A stretch of 63,996 nt of DNA, the filler included, from Basidioascus undulatus (taxonomy: Eukaryota), in NCBI GenBank assembly GCA_000826855.1. It is 4 parts of 4 records of this genome, joined end to end, with 100 filler letters (N's around TTAATTAATTAA, not from the genome) between each part and the next. Parts side by side here need not be neighbours in the genome. Positions count along the whole stretch, not along the records: positions 16,415 to 32,727 come from JTLS01000593.1; positions 32,828 to 49,106 come from JTLS01000594.1; 2 more parts are not named here. The stretch is one strand, 5' to 3'. Below, in pieces: positions 26,281 to 39,200 of the stretch. The notes below the pieces were generated by a model. The model ran no database searches, had not been told where the DNA came from, and saw only the letters and a list, made by a program, of their open reading frames with translations. The position numbers were made by a program, and so were the translations under genes. Numbering within the stretch: the first letter of the stretch is position 1; each line of letters begins with the position of its first letter.

Positions 26281-26702
26281 TTGGGAACACGGCGGGGCGA
26301 GACGTAATAGCTAGGGTTGACTTAAGGGGAATTTAATAGAATTCATCTGAAACAACATTCTACGTGTTTTGTGAGCATCTCCACCATCCGTATTTTCCTG
26401 GAGCGCAGTTCAAATTCGCAGTTGTCGAACCGAAAGGGTTGCCCGCGAAGGTCGTACAACAGCCTTTCGCCCCTTTGATGCAGTTTCAAAAAATCCTACG
26501 CTCCTATCTATCCGGAAACTTCAAGCCTAATTCAGTCCACGTACAGCTGAGTGATTCCCATATGGCGGCATGGAAGCCATAAACACGGACAGACACAAGG
26601 CAACACTATCTACAACAAGGACAAGGTCAATCCACATGCATACGAATATCACGCAGTACTAAATCATCCTATCTAAGGCACTCCGACACCCATACAAACG
26701 GC

Positions 26703-27673
26703 TCAGCACTCCAACACAGCCTGCACTCGTGCCAACGCGCTCTTCAGCCGCCGCATCGCCCGCACCGTCTCAAGCTCCTCCAGCTCGCACAAACGCCTCT
26801 CGGGGATCATTCCTAACCCTCGCTTGAAAACAGAGAGTGGACAGCCGGCTCACCATGCAACGGCACGGAGGTGCTGAGGTGCACTGGAAGCAGTCTGTGG
26901 TGGCGCATGAAGCAGGTGGGGGAGCGGGAAGGGGGCGCTGTGCTGCTTGAGGAGGAATTGGGGAGGTCGGTCTGAAGCGAAGTAAGTTCTTCATAATTGG
27001 GTAGGCGTGGAGGAGTGTCGGCAAGCGGATGGCCGCTACCAACGGCGTGCAGATACCGTTCCTGCGGAGAGAGAGCTCATCGAGCACAGCGCCGGCCTGC
27101 GCGCGCTGCGAGCGCGCGCACTCGTGCTTCAGCTCCGCCTGATCTCTCCGTATCGCAAGACAAAGTCGGCGGTTAGGGCACGCGCGAGAGAAAAGTCGAG
27201 CCGTACAGCGCAAGCCGAGCCTCACGGCGCTACGCGAGCTGTGGGAGGGGGTCGACTGCCGGCGGCGGGCGTGCCGATGGCTGGGAGGTCGACAGGAGTG
27301 GCAGGGAGTGTAAGGGTAGAACGCAGAGGGTGCGGGGTGTGCCTTGCGCTCGGGAAAGAATGGGCGGGGGCCTCGCTCAAGTAAGAGGGGGAGGCGTCGA
27401 AGTCGGTCTCGGGCGTGAGGGTCGCGGGCGCGGGCGGCCTGAAGAAGAGCGAGGAAGAGGAGATGCTCCAGTCGAAGATGATAAGGTTAGAGAGGACCAC
27501 TGTAAAAGGACTCGATCTGAGTGAAGGGCACTGGAGATGGGTATCGGAGTACGCACCGAGGCAGGAGCTCGAATGCGCGGGCACACCGGGGTGAGGAGCG
27601 ACGAGGATGCCTCGGTGTCGACGGAGAATCTCGAGAGCTGAGGGGTGAAGGGAGAATCACTGAGAGCTGCCAT
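26703..27673 (-). pseudogene. Possible decayed hypothetical gene
   Basis: Coding-like segments in different frames (RAFELLP / VVLSNLIIFDW, ...LEELETVRAMRRLKSALARVQAVLEC*) with intron-like spacers, but no continuous frame. Confidence 0.25.
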
Positions 27674-29721
27674 AACCAAAGTAACCTATCAGTTACAGTC
27701 CAGCCTAGCGTTTTCGACCCGGCGTACATAACGTAGAATGCGAGCTGAACGTCGCTACAGTGAACACCGGTACGGACGATCGAGGATATAGAACGGCTGC
27801 TCAAGGATTGCTTGGGAGAGGAGAAGCACCGTATCCACCGATACTCATGAGGATTGAAGAACCCATGGGAAGGTATAGCGCTGATCCTCAGTCTCGAACG
27901 CCGTTGAGTGGGCTCGACAGCGCTCCAGCCCGGCGCTCCAGCCAAGCACTGCGCACTCCAGCCCGGCCGCACATCCCAGAGTACGGTGGGTTCCTGAAGG
28001 TCGAGAGGGTGGCCCGGATTCGGAATAGCATGGTAGTCTCGGTCTCGGTCATAGGCCCAGAAGGTCGAGGAGGTTGGCTCGCTCGTGGATCGCGGGAGGA
28101 GATCCCCCTTGTCGCAGGAATAGCAAGCCGGTGCGTTGCTTGATTGATCTGCGGATGTGCATTGAAGTGGACTCGTCATTTATTCAGGCATTCTCATGAT
28201 TACCTGGGTGTACCAGGGCGTAACTTCCGTGATGAGTGCGCTCTCTCTCTGGTGCGCTCTTTCTCTCAACTGTTGAACGTGCGGATGGGGACTGCCAGTG
28301 CTCGCAATCGCGTAACGTAGGCAGACTGCTCTTGAAAAAGGACCAAAATTCAATCATGAGCCAAGTTGTCTCAACGGTACGGAAAATCTTAGATCAGAGG
28401 AACGATCGTGTTGACCTGTTGCACAGCAAGAAGCATTCGGCTTAGTCATGCACCGGGAGGCCGCTTGCGGGCACTCCTCAATTCTGCCCAGGGAGGTACA
28501 AGAAGGTTTGACAGCAAGCCGCCTTTTCTGGACAGCTGACACGGAAGAGGTCAGGCCAATGGGCATTCTTGACAGCAAGCCACTGGTGTGCGACGTTGAA
28601 GATGACCTCGCGAGTCGCGGAGGACCTCCTTATCTCACAACTGTACAGGACTGTGGAAGCAAGGGGCGTTAAACGCAGCGGTACTCTGACTAAATATTAG
28701 ACATGATTCCATGAATGCGTGCATGTGAGGTGAAGCTTGTTTGGACAAGATCTCTACTTGCGTGTGCGCGGTCCCGCTCGCTTGGGTGCTTTTGAGGGAC
28801 TTAAGACATGAACGCTGGGTGACAACTTTAAAACTTGTTTACATTATTGAAGAACACATGCGCAAACGCAGAAACAACAATGCAATACGATACACTCGTT
28901 CATGCCACATCGTCGCAGACCGCCGCCGATCGCAACCCGCACAGGCGAAGACGATCGACGGAACGTGACATGCTCCCTCCGAATTGCAAGACCAATCTGC
29001 TCCGGACCAGCATGGCCTACTCTCAATGAGAGCAACCCTCTGCGATGGACGGGTTGGCCGATGCGCCGATGCGCGTGGAGTCCAACGAACAGCGGCGAGG
29101 CGCGTTCAGCAGCGGGGTGGTGTTGCTCCGCGCCCGCTACAGCGACATCGTTAGTGCTCGCAATGAAGAGGTGGAAGCGGGCAGGAATAGGGATTTGAGA
29201 GGCAAGCAAGCAGTGAGAATGCGTGAGGCCAGGGAGGGCATACGCGTCTGACAGACAGATGTCTGGACGCCACGCAATCAAGTCGAGTCACGCGTTAACC
29301 TTCATGTACCTCCCCCGGGTGGAATCGCAAAGATACCTGCAGGATGGTTCTCTTATTGGAAAAATTATGTCCGGCAATACTGGGGACACACGTATACTAC
29401 TCAAGGAGTAACTTACAACGAGCAACAGTAATGCGGAAAACTTTATACACACCAGTAACATGCCAGACGGTCCGAAAATTAAGCACATAGCAGCGTAGCA
29501 CATGGCAGCGTAGCATCCGCTGCCGTTTGCTTCACATCCACGTACTGCTCGGCGACCAGTAGGCAGCGACCCATCGTGAAGACGACCTCCAAACCACACG
29601 TTCATATCGGTTTCTCATTAAAGTCCAAAAAATCACAGGTATCGTCCCCCAGGTATTCCCTCAATCGTGATCACTCTCCACGCAGTTCTTGCGCCGGCCA
29701 GCAACGCAACGTGCAACACCC

Positions 29722-31776
29722 TCAAACCCCCGCCGCAACCTTCGGCCACTGCGACCCAAAGAACGCCCTCACATCCTCGGTGAGGACTGTACCAGCCGCA
29801 CAAGTATCAGCCGCCATCGATCAACCCGCATAGCAAGGGTACGTACGTTCAGCAGCGTCGAGGCCGGCTGCGAAACGCAGCAAAACGCAGCAGGATAAGC
29901 CCGGATCACAGATCGGGCCACTATTAGGAATCGAGAAACGCACCAAAGTGACCTCCCCTCTCATGCGCCCGATAAAACCCCAGTTTCTCTCCCCACCCCG
30001 CCCTGACCTCCCCCTCGGCAGAGTACCCGATATCGCCCTTCCCCCGCACCGTCCATCAGTCAGCCCTCGCACCACAACCCGGGAAAGGGCAAGGCGAGTG
30101 TACCGGGAAGACACTAATACCCGCGGGAGTCTTAGGCTTGATGGCTTGTTGGCCCGCCTCCGTGAAGCGCGCTTGGTGCGCGTAGTAGAGCGTTATGGAG
30201 GTGGGGAATGTGCCGGCTGCGGGGGTGGAAGCGGAGGAAGCGTAAGCGGGAGACCTTCGTGACAGACAAGCGCATAGAAGGATTGAAATACCCACTCAGG
30301 TAGTAGATCGATACGGTTGCGAGGAGGTCATAGTCGGACGGGCCGGCGCCCCCGAGGCGGGCGAGGGACCACTGTACCGCGACGGAGTGTCAGTGCTGTA
30401 TCCATATCCAGTTCTGACAAGGCTAGACAGAGGGGGAAACGCACCTCGTGGAACTTCTCGCCGATCCAGCTGTGAATTTCAAAGGAGTGATGAGCATCAG
30501 AACGCTACGTGCAGAGGGAGGTGAAAAGTACCTGAGCAGGCCTGCAAACGATCCGGTTCAGCGCTGGCTGTTTCTTTGACAGAAGAATCAGGACGACTCA
30601 CCGATCGGGTTGTCATAGAGTGCATACCCAATCGTCGCCGGCTGTCCCCCACATCCTCCCATAAACAAGCTGCCTTTGGGGGAAGATATTTCGCAGTGCC
30701 CACCTTCGTCGAATGCTCCAAGCTATACCCCCTCCCCGTCTTCCCAAAGAACCGCACGCGCTCCTTCGCGGCTTTCTCCTCCTCGTTGAGCTGCACACCA
30801 TAATCCTTCACATCAAAGGTTTCTTTCCCCCGCAAGCGCAGTGTCAGCAAAAGGAAAGAGGAGGCGGAAGAGGAAGACGCAGGATGGGGAGGAAAAGGGG
30901 GAGGGACGAACGCTGGACGTGGATCGCCTTGCATGTGGAGGGATAGAGGGCGGAGAGGATGAGGGTTACGGAGGAGCCCTGGTAGTTGGGTGTGTCAGAG
31001 GCGGGTGAATGGAGGGCGAGAAGAGGAAGAAGGAAGGGAGACGCCACCCAGTCCCCGCCTTGCGCGACGTAGGATTTGTACCCAAGGACGTCGACCATCA
31101 GGGAGTTGAATACCCTGTCCCCTCATCCCTAAAGCGTAAGCAAAAGTATGAAAGGTAGGGGAGGAGCAGAGCAGAACGTACCGCGCCGTATCCGCGCACC
31201 CCCACCCCTGCTTCGTCGGCGGTCCACTGAACCCGTACCCCGGCATGGACGGCACAACTACATGGAACCTATCCTCTCCCTCCCATATGAGCCTCCCCAT
31301 TCTCCCCATAAACATCATCACAGCGACGCACGCCGGCTCCCCCTCCCCAGGCTCGGCAAGCGCATCGATCACTTTATGGAACTCCCACACGCTCCCGGGC
31401 CACCCGTGCGTGAGGACGATCGGGATCGCGTCTTCCGTTTGCGACTTCCTATGGATAAAATGGAGCTCCACGCCCTCTACGTCCACTTTATAGTTCGGCC
31501 AGCTGCCCTCACCATCCCTCAGCGTCTTCTTCTTGACTCCAGAAGTCGAAAAGGGAAGCCGCCGGCGCACCTGTTGAGTTTCTGCTCCACCTCCCGAAAA
31601 TTGAAAGAAGACCAGAGATCCTTGAGCCGTGCAAGCTCGGACAAAGGCATGCCGTGCTCCCACCCCGCCCCCGGCGCGAGGGGCGCGGGCGGCAGACGCG
31701 AGGTGCTAAGGAGCGCGTGGAGGCGGCCGAGGGAGGGCTGGGGGATCTGGACTGTGAAGGGGGTTGTGGAGGACAT
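29722..31776 (-). CDS. Microsomal-type (EHN-domain) epoxide hydrolase
   Basis: PFTVQIP N-terminus, LHFIH, LTHGWPGS, VVPSMPGYGFS, nucleophile [34 protein letters not shown], catalytic HERGGHFA; ends VAAGV* (29722-29724). Confidence 0.93.
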
Positions 31777-32310
31777 GACGGTGGTTTTGGTTCTGTATTG
31801 TAGGACGCTTGGTGGGAAATTGAAGGCAGTCTTTTGTAGAGATGAAGGAGGGGAAGAGGAGGAACGAGGGATGATTCACTACTTATCGTCGACTGTCTGC
31901 AATCGCGTGATGATGCAATGTGGATGCTCGATCAGCCCAAGGCTCATGGACACACTGGCCTTGTCAGCGACTGTGCGGACGAGGAACTCGAAACTAAAGA
32001 CATGCAGAAAGAACAACACCTGATACCTGATGAGGAGGCTGGTCCGCATGGGTCAGTCATCGCGGACAGCCTGAGGACGCACTGCAGACAGCAATCTCTC
32101 GATGCATGTGCGTTTACCGGTTCAACTGAAGCGAAGCCTTGTATTCTTCTCTCTCAAGCAACTACACATTCAAGCCCAGCCGCTGTGCCAGCGTCCCCAA
32201 AGCCTCCTCGCCAAAAGTCCCCTTTAACCCGAGGCTCGAAACCAGCGCTCTTCCCTCTCCCACCCTCAACCCCCTCCTCCCAACCCCTCCCACCTACGCA
32301 ACGGTACACT

Positions 32311-32577
32311 ATGCCCCCAAAGCACCCCTCGATCCCCTCCCCCGCGGCGGGGGCACCAACCCCGACCTGCTGGCCTTCCTCAGCCTCCGCAGCGGGGGGA
32401 GGGGATCGTACGCCTCCTTCGCTCCCTCCCCGCCTCTCTCTTTCCTCACTCCGCGCCCGAAGCAGCAGCCCGGGATTGAGGTTCGCCGCGCCCCGGCGGC
32501 GAGCGTCGACCATCACGGATACGACGGAGGTGAAGGCGGGGGAGATGTTGGTGCGCGTGAGGGCGGAGGTCTCGTAG
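32311..32577 (+). pseudogene. Possible SET-domain N-terminal relic at contig end
   Basis: LLAFLSLRSGG / PGIEVRR / TTEVKAGEMLVRV fall in different frames and weakly resemble the start of LSMT/SETD3-type SET domains. Confidence 0.22.
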
Positions 32578-32727
32578 AAGAGGGCGCTGGATTGGGTAAG
32601 CTGGGGGAGGCGGTGGGGGAGTGCGGGTTCGTTAGGAGAAGCGGAAGAAGGAAGGCGAGGAGGGAGGGAGGGGCAATAATAGACAATCACTCCTCTCCGC
32701 AACGGTTGGAGCGTGTCTGTTGTCGAC

Positions 32728-32827
32728 NNNNNNNNNNNNNNNNNNNNNNNNNNNNNNNNNNNNNNNNNNNNTTAATTAATTAANNNNNNNNNNNNNNNNN
32801 NNNNNNNNNNNNNNNNNNNNNNNNNNN
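32728..32827. other. Artificial contig spacer N44-TTAATTAATTAA-N44
   Basis: Same linker at 32772-32783. Confidence 0.98.
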
Positions 32828-33400
32828 TCGGGACGGGGAGGGAGGGGATGCGCGGGAGATGTGGGGCATGTGGATGAGGGAGGGGGAGGGGGGAGGGGAA
32901 GAAGCTGGAAGCTTGCTCGCCCTCGTCCTCCTTATCTGAGGGCGGCTCGCCGTCGAATATGAGCTGCCCACCCCACACCGAATGCGAAGGAGCAAGTCAG
33001 CGTGTCCGCGCACACGAAACGGAACGACACGGCGGGGAAGAGGTAAGAAGCAGACGTACCACGTCGGGCCACAGCGCCGTTACCTCCACATCCACGCCCC
33101 TCAAGTCCTCAGGCAGCCTCACCTCCGCCACCACCCTCCCACTAACAAAGATCTTCCCCGCGCCCCCCGGCTGTCCCGGCAGAGGGTTTGGGAGCGGCTC
33201 TCCCCCCAGCCCATCCCCATGTATCCGCATCTCCTCGATCCGCACGTTCCGCAATAAGTCGTTGAGCGGCGCGTGCCCGGGGAGGAGGACCGGGATGCGC
33301 AGCGCGGCGAGGAGAGGAGGGAGGAACTTAGGGAGCGGGGGCCCCTGCGGGGGAGTGGAGAGGGAGGGAGGGGAGAGGATGAGGAATGGCGTGGGGAAGG
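32828..33400 (-). CDS. Internal fragment of a Tag1/DUF3712-like membrane protein (no own start; runs into contig edge)
   Basis: LRIPVLLPGHAPLNDLLRNVRIEEMRIH...KIFVSGRVVAEVRLPEDLRGVDVEVTALWPDV, an intron, then LIFDGEPP; resembles the C-terminal half of fungal Tag1-like proteins. Confidence 0.5.
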
Positions 33401-33969
33401 TGGAGGGGAGGGGTCATCCTGTTGTGGATGGGTTGTCAGATGATTTATTGGTGGGAGTGAAGGATGAACGGAAAAGGCACCCATGGATCCCCGCTGTCCT
33501 CGTCCTCGTCCGCCGCGTCCGCCCACGGATCATCCTCATCCACTACCTTCTCCTTCTCCTCCTTCTCCTTCCTCTCCTCTCCAACCACTCCGCCCTCAGC
33601 CTTAAGCATCTCCTCCCAGCTCCCCAACCTCTCCATCCTCTCCCGCAACTCCTCCCCCCTCACGTCCTCCTCTCCCACCCGCTCCAGCCCCAGCCGCACC
33701 ACCTCCCTAACCAGCTCCGCCCCCCCATCCACGACCGCCCGCGCCGCATCGACCGCCCAGTTGTCATCCTCCACGAGCGGGAAGAGCTCTTTCGCGAGTT
33801 GCGGAGAGAGTGAGCGGGTGGAGAGGAGATGGGTGAGGTGCGACTGGGCGACGAGGGAGGGGAAGGGCGCGCCGAGGGAGGCGGCGAGCTGGGAGGCAAG
33901 GGGGTAGTCGGGGGTTTGGAGAGCGCGCAGAAGCGTGGGGCGCACGTCCTCGGTGGGTGGGGAAGACAT
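33400..33969 (-). CDS. N-terminal fragment of a Sec39/NBAS-like protein
   Basis: LFPLVEDDNWAVDAA...LGLER...ERMERLGSW...EDDPWAD resembles basidiomycete Sec39 N-termini; similarity stops just after the first intron. Confidence 0.5.
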
Positions 33970-34254
33970 GCTGTGCTTGGGGTGCGAGATGGAGATGGGG
34001 GGCAGCCTCGAGGGCGATATGCTGGAGGCGGAAGGCGGCACTTCGCTTTGGCTCGTACAATCGCCAAACTTACACCGCCTGGCCAGTATTTTTGTACGGA
34101 CCCACCAAGGCTTTTTCGACACGGTGCCACTTCCTAATTTCCCCCCAAAGTGTGCGGCAAGATCACCCTTGTCCGATACAAATCTGGAGCCCAGAGTGTG
34201 GGCAGGGCTCAAGATCTATATGGACAAAAAATTATCAGGCAGAGTTTAGGTATC

Positions 34255-34326
34255 TCCTCGTTGGTGTAGTGGCTAACATCGGGTGTTCTCACCGCCCAGC
34301 CCCGGGTTCGATTCCCGGACGGGGAA
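34255..34326 (+). tRNA. tRNA-Glu(CTC), intronless
   Basis: Identical to the 20073-20144 copy; long T-run terminator directly downstream. Confidence 0.97.
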
Positions 34327-34553
34327 CTAATTTTTTTTTGCCGGAGAGAACTAATCTGCCTCACCCACATCTACTCACTCACCCCAACCAGGCTTTGGCT
34401 CTTCATACTGAACCGGGTGCGAATCTACGGCAGGACTGCGACAGCACGAATCGTCGTGACAAACGCTGCTGACGTTCTAACAATTTTAATCACGTGCAAC
34501 CTCTTGCCCTTCCCAAATTCGAACCGTCTTCTCTCCGCGCGACTGCACCCCCA

Positions 34554-36058
34554 ATGGACTCCTCCTCTTCAGCAGCGGCAAACGGCGCCCCCCCAGCAGG
34601 CGGCAAGTCCCCCTCTTTGCTCTCCCCGTCGGCGCGAGCTGCGAGCTGAGTTGCGTGAGCCCCCACAGCCTCCGCCTCGGTCCTCCTCAAGTCCGAACCC
34701 GTCCCCTCGACCTTCCGCCTGGTCGAGGGCCCCAACTTTGACGAGCCGCAGACGCTCGAGGGGCTGTTGGACGCGTACGGAAAGATCGGGTTCCAGGCGA
34801 CGGGGCTGGCGCGCGCGGTAGAGGTGGTGAACAAGATGGTGCGTCTCTCCGTTTCCTGCTTTCTCCGCACCGCACTTCGAAGTTGACGCGCCAGGCCGGA
34901 GGACCCCAGCGAGAATGGCGTCTCTCCGACGAGCCCATAGCGGAGGACGAGCCGGCCGCGTATCTCGACCCCGAAGTCCGACGGGACACCAAGGCCACCA
35001 TCTTCCTCGGCTACACGTCTAACCTCATCTCCTCCGGCCTGCGGGAGCTGCTGCTCTTCCTCGTCAAGCACCGCTACGTCTCCGCGCTGTGCACGACGGC
35101 GGGCGGGATCGAGGAGGACTACATCAAGTGTCTCGGGCCGGGGACGTACCTCCCCGCGGCGGGGACGGAGGGTTGGAACCTAGACGGGGCGGACCTCCGC
35201 AGGCGGGGGATGAACCGCATCGGGAACCTTGTGGTGCCGAACGAGGCGTACTGCCGGTTCGAGGACTGGGTCATGCCCCACCTGGATGCGATGAAGAGGG
35301 AGCAGGACGAGGAGGGCGCGAGGTGGACACCGAGCGCGGTCATTCGTAGGCTGGGCAAGGAGATCAACGATGAAAGGTCAGTGTACTACTGGGCTTACAA
35401 GGTGCGTTTCTCCGCTCTCCCTGCCTCCCCCCGCCTTCCCTCTCTCGCGCATCGTCGACCTTGGGCTAACCGCGGAGCAACAGAACGACATCCCGGTCTT
35501 CTGCCCGGCCCTAACGGACGGCTCCCTGGGGGACATGCTCTACTTCCACTCGTACAAGAACCCGGGGCTGGTCATCGACATCGTCGGCGACATCCGGAAG
35601 CTCAACGACCTCTCCATCCACGCCAAGAAGGCGGGCATGATCATCCTCGGCGGCGGCGTGTGCAAGCACCAGATCTGCAACGCCATGCTCTTCGTGAGTC
35701 GCTTCCCAGACGCAAGAATAGAACAAAGCTGACTATGTGCGCTCGGGTCCCGTGTCGTGCAGAGGAACGGCGCAGATTACGCCGTTTACATCAACACGGG
35801 GCAGGAGTTCGACGGGTCGGACGCCGGCGCGCGGCCGGACGAGGCGGTATCCTGGGGGAAGATCCGGGCGGGCGCGGAGAGCATCAAGGTCCGCTCGTTA
35901 TTTCACATGCGTTCTTGCCTGGTGTCTAACAGGAGACGTGGTGGCTGCAGGTGTTCGCCGACGCCACGCTCGTCTTCCCCCTCCTCATCGCCGCGACGTT
36001 TGGGAAGGCGCACTGGGAGACGCGGAGACAGGAGGAGGCGGAGAAGAAGAAGGCGTAG
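34554..36058 (+). CDS. DYS1: Deoxyhypusine synthase
   Basis: [84 protein letters not shown]; first intron is GC-AG (34603-34668). Confidence 0.97.
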
Positions 36059-36260
36059 TGGCGTGACACTCATATCCACTAGAGACGATTGCCGAGGATG
36101 TTGCGTCTGCCTTCCGCGGCTGCAAGAGAAAGGGTTAGGCTCGCACACTCGGAAATCCCGTCCACAATAAAATGGATTGAATAAAGATGCGAGTCAAATA
36201 AAGACGATTGAAGCGCGAGATATTCCAGGTCACTAATCTCCAAAGCTAAAGCCCTCCAGT

Positions 36261-39200
36261 CTATGCCACTGCCGTTGTCGGAACAATCTCCACGTTCTTC
36301 TTCGGCGTCGCCGCTCCCGTGAGACGGATCTGCCGAACCTGTTCCAGCGAGACGAAAACGTCAGTTGAAGCGGTATTAAGTCGGAAGAGCAGACGTGCCT
36401 CCTCCACGGCATCCTTCCCGATTCCGTAGAGAGCGTCCTGTTCGGTAGGCTAGTCAGCGACCGACGGGAAATGGATCAGTAGGGAGCGTAACGCACGCCC
36501 TCGAGCGGGGTCCTGTGAGGGAAGAGATGGGCAACAGTCAGCGATGCGCAACTCTAGCGCCTGGAGAGAACGCAGAACGCACGTCGAAAACACCCAGTCC
36601 TTGTCGAACTGCACCGGCCGATTGTCAGCACCCCATCGCCGCACTGCGAAGCCGAGCTTCGGACACTCACATGCTTCGACAGCTTCTCGATCGCCTCCTT
36701 GTACGGCAGATGCCGCGTAAGTTGCCTACATGCCCAGACAGCATCAGCACGCAACGCCCGACAACGGTGAAAGTTCGGACGCCAGAGCGGCACCTCCGCG
36801 GCTGAACGTTCAAGCTGTGCTTGGCGTCGAGCTGGCTGTCCAGCACGTTCGAGGAGTGTGCGCCGCCCGAGATCGAGAGGCGGATCGAGTACTCCTTCTC
36901 CCGGTGGCTGTCCGAGACGCTGCGCTCGTACAGCTCGAACCTGCAGAGGTGGACGTTAGGGTCGAACAGTAGACCCAGCGAGGCTAGGAAACCAACGTGA
37001 TGTGCGCCTGAATCGGTGCGGTCAGCGACAGTTCAGATGTGATTCACGGGAAGATATGCACGCACGACGTAATCCAGCTCGGGTATGTGTGGCCTGCTCG
37101 ACATGAGGTTCATCAGACAGCATGAGACAAGCAGAGACGACGGAGACGCACATGCTGATAGGGAGGCCGCTGCAGAGCACGAGCTGGACGAGCGTGTGGA
37201 TATGCGACTCCTCTGCCATCCCAAACAGCTGATCAGTCCGTGTCTGTTCGAGATCAGCCTACCACCGCTAACGTACTGGTGAAGTACATCGAGATCGTTC
37301 CCTTCTCCGCGTCCTTGGCCTCTTGCAGGTCCTGCACGATCTTCTTGAGCAGCGGGAGCGAGGTCAAGATACCGATCTTCTCCCTGCGCGCACCCTGGGG
37401 TTAGTCGTGCTGCTCTAGATGAATACGCTGCGGGACACACTTCTCCTCCGGCTCGATGCCGTACTCTTGCGGCGCGATGAGGTCGAACAGCGCCTTGGCG
37501 TGCCCGTAGAGCTTGTGCAGGCGCCGGTCTTGAGGATTTTGCTTCCCGCCGGGGCGGAAGATCGTGTTCAGGAAGACTGAGTTGTGTAGACCTGCGAAAG
37601 CGATGGTGCTCAGCGGTGTCGATTTGCGGCAACTGCGTGTCTAGCGTGACGGTTCGGAAAGGGGAAAGCATAATGGAAAGCGCCGCACCGTCGTATTTCA
37701 GGCTGTCGTAGAGCTCGGAAACCTGACGAAGAAAGGCAGGTCAGACGAGCACAACCACAAGAGAGCAGCAGCGGGACACGCACTCGTGAGGGGTCGAACT
37801 TCTCCTGCGTAGTCTCGCAGAAGTCATCGAACAGCTTCTCCCACCGCTCCTTGAACAGCATCGGGTGCTCGTTGCAGCACCTATTCCCCCACACAGCATC
37901 ACCCGCAGTCAGCGTCTGCCGCACTCCCTGCTGGACTGAACGACACGCACCACCGAGCCTGGATGCTGTCGACGTCGAGCTTCTCGTAGTTGTCGCGCAT
38001 GACGTCGCGGTGGTAGCGCATGAGCTCGATGATCTCGCTGACAACCTCGGCGGGCTCGCCCTTGAGGTCGACGGGCCACGAGAACTGCGGCCGCTTCTCC
38101 TTCTCGCCCGGGCGGAGCAGCGTCTTCAGCTTGCGTTTGACGAAGTCCATGAGCTCCTTTCCCCTACAGCGTAACGATTGTCAGCGCTACTGTGCAATTG
38201 CGAGGAAACGAATACTGGCGACGTACGCGTTCGAGTCGTCAAGGAGGTCCTTACGGACGATGAGTGGGTGCGTGAACGGCTCGTCCGTGTCCTGCTTCTT
38301 CTCCGGGTCTTCCAAGAACGTCGCGGCAAAGATCTCGGCGGACGCGAGGACGCGGCGTTCGGAGCTAGAGTAGATCTGACCAGCCCGGGACATGTGAGCG
38401 TGCGTTCCAGGCAAACGGATGGACGGCAGCGCACCTTGCAGTTCTCGAGCAGATCCTTGTTCATGATCATCGCATCGCCGCGGAACGTCTGGCCGAGATC
38501 CCGCGATTGGTACCTCGCCGCGTGGGTGAACTGTCCGCCCAACCGCCATCAGCGACTTCTCTCCCTCGCGCCTTGATCAACCAAACCACCGCACCTCTCC
38601 GCCCCACTTGAACACCAGCGCGAGCTTCTCGAGCTTCTCACCCTTCGCCTTGTCGAACGCGGGCTTGAGCTGCGCCTTCGTGCCGGGTAGGTCGATCTTC
38701 TTCGAGATGACGATCCGGAGCTGCTCGAGCTTCTCTAGGTCCGTGCAGCCGAGAAGGACCGCCTCGTTGGCCGCGTCGACGATGTAGTTGAGCTGCTCGG
38801 GCCGGCGGAGGACGACCTCCTCGCGCGCGCTGCGGAGGAGCGCGATGAAGGGCGCGGCCCAGGGCTCGGCGGCGGGGAACGAGAACTTCATCTTCTGCTT
38901 CGGACTGAGCGTGGGGTTCAGGCGATAGTTAGCATTGTCTATCAGGATGAGAAAGCAGAGACATTACGCACGTCCGGTCGGCATGACGCACAACCGTCGC
39001 GTTCGCCTTCAGCTTCCAGCTGGACTTCTCGCGCGGGGAGTTCGTCCCGCTGCTGACTGGCCGACGCGGCGCCGTCTTGCGGCAGAACGTCGAAAGGATC
39101 TCCGCGCATTTGTCTGGAAGGCAAAATACCTGATCAGCAACGAAGCTTAGGAATGTATGTTACGCCGACTTGCCGTAGTAGAAGTCATTGCCCCTGCGCT

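Noticed and set aside
27487..28179. 230-aa minus-strand ORF
   Set aside because: No domain motif or clear coding bias; probably spurious.
29483..29516. Short tandem GCACATRGCAGCGTA x2
   Set aside because: Two units only; ordinary local slippage.
30340..30360. Suspected homopolymer frameshift in the epoxide hydrolase
   Set aside because: Recount gives five Cs, which keeps the frame (WSLARLGGAGPSDYDLL).
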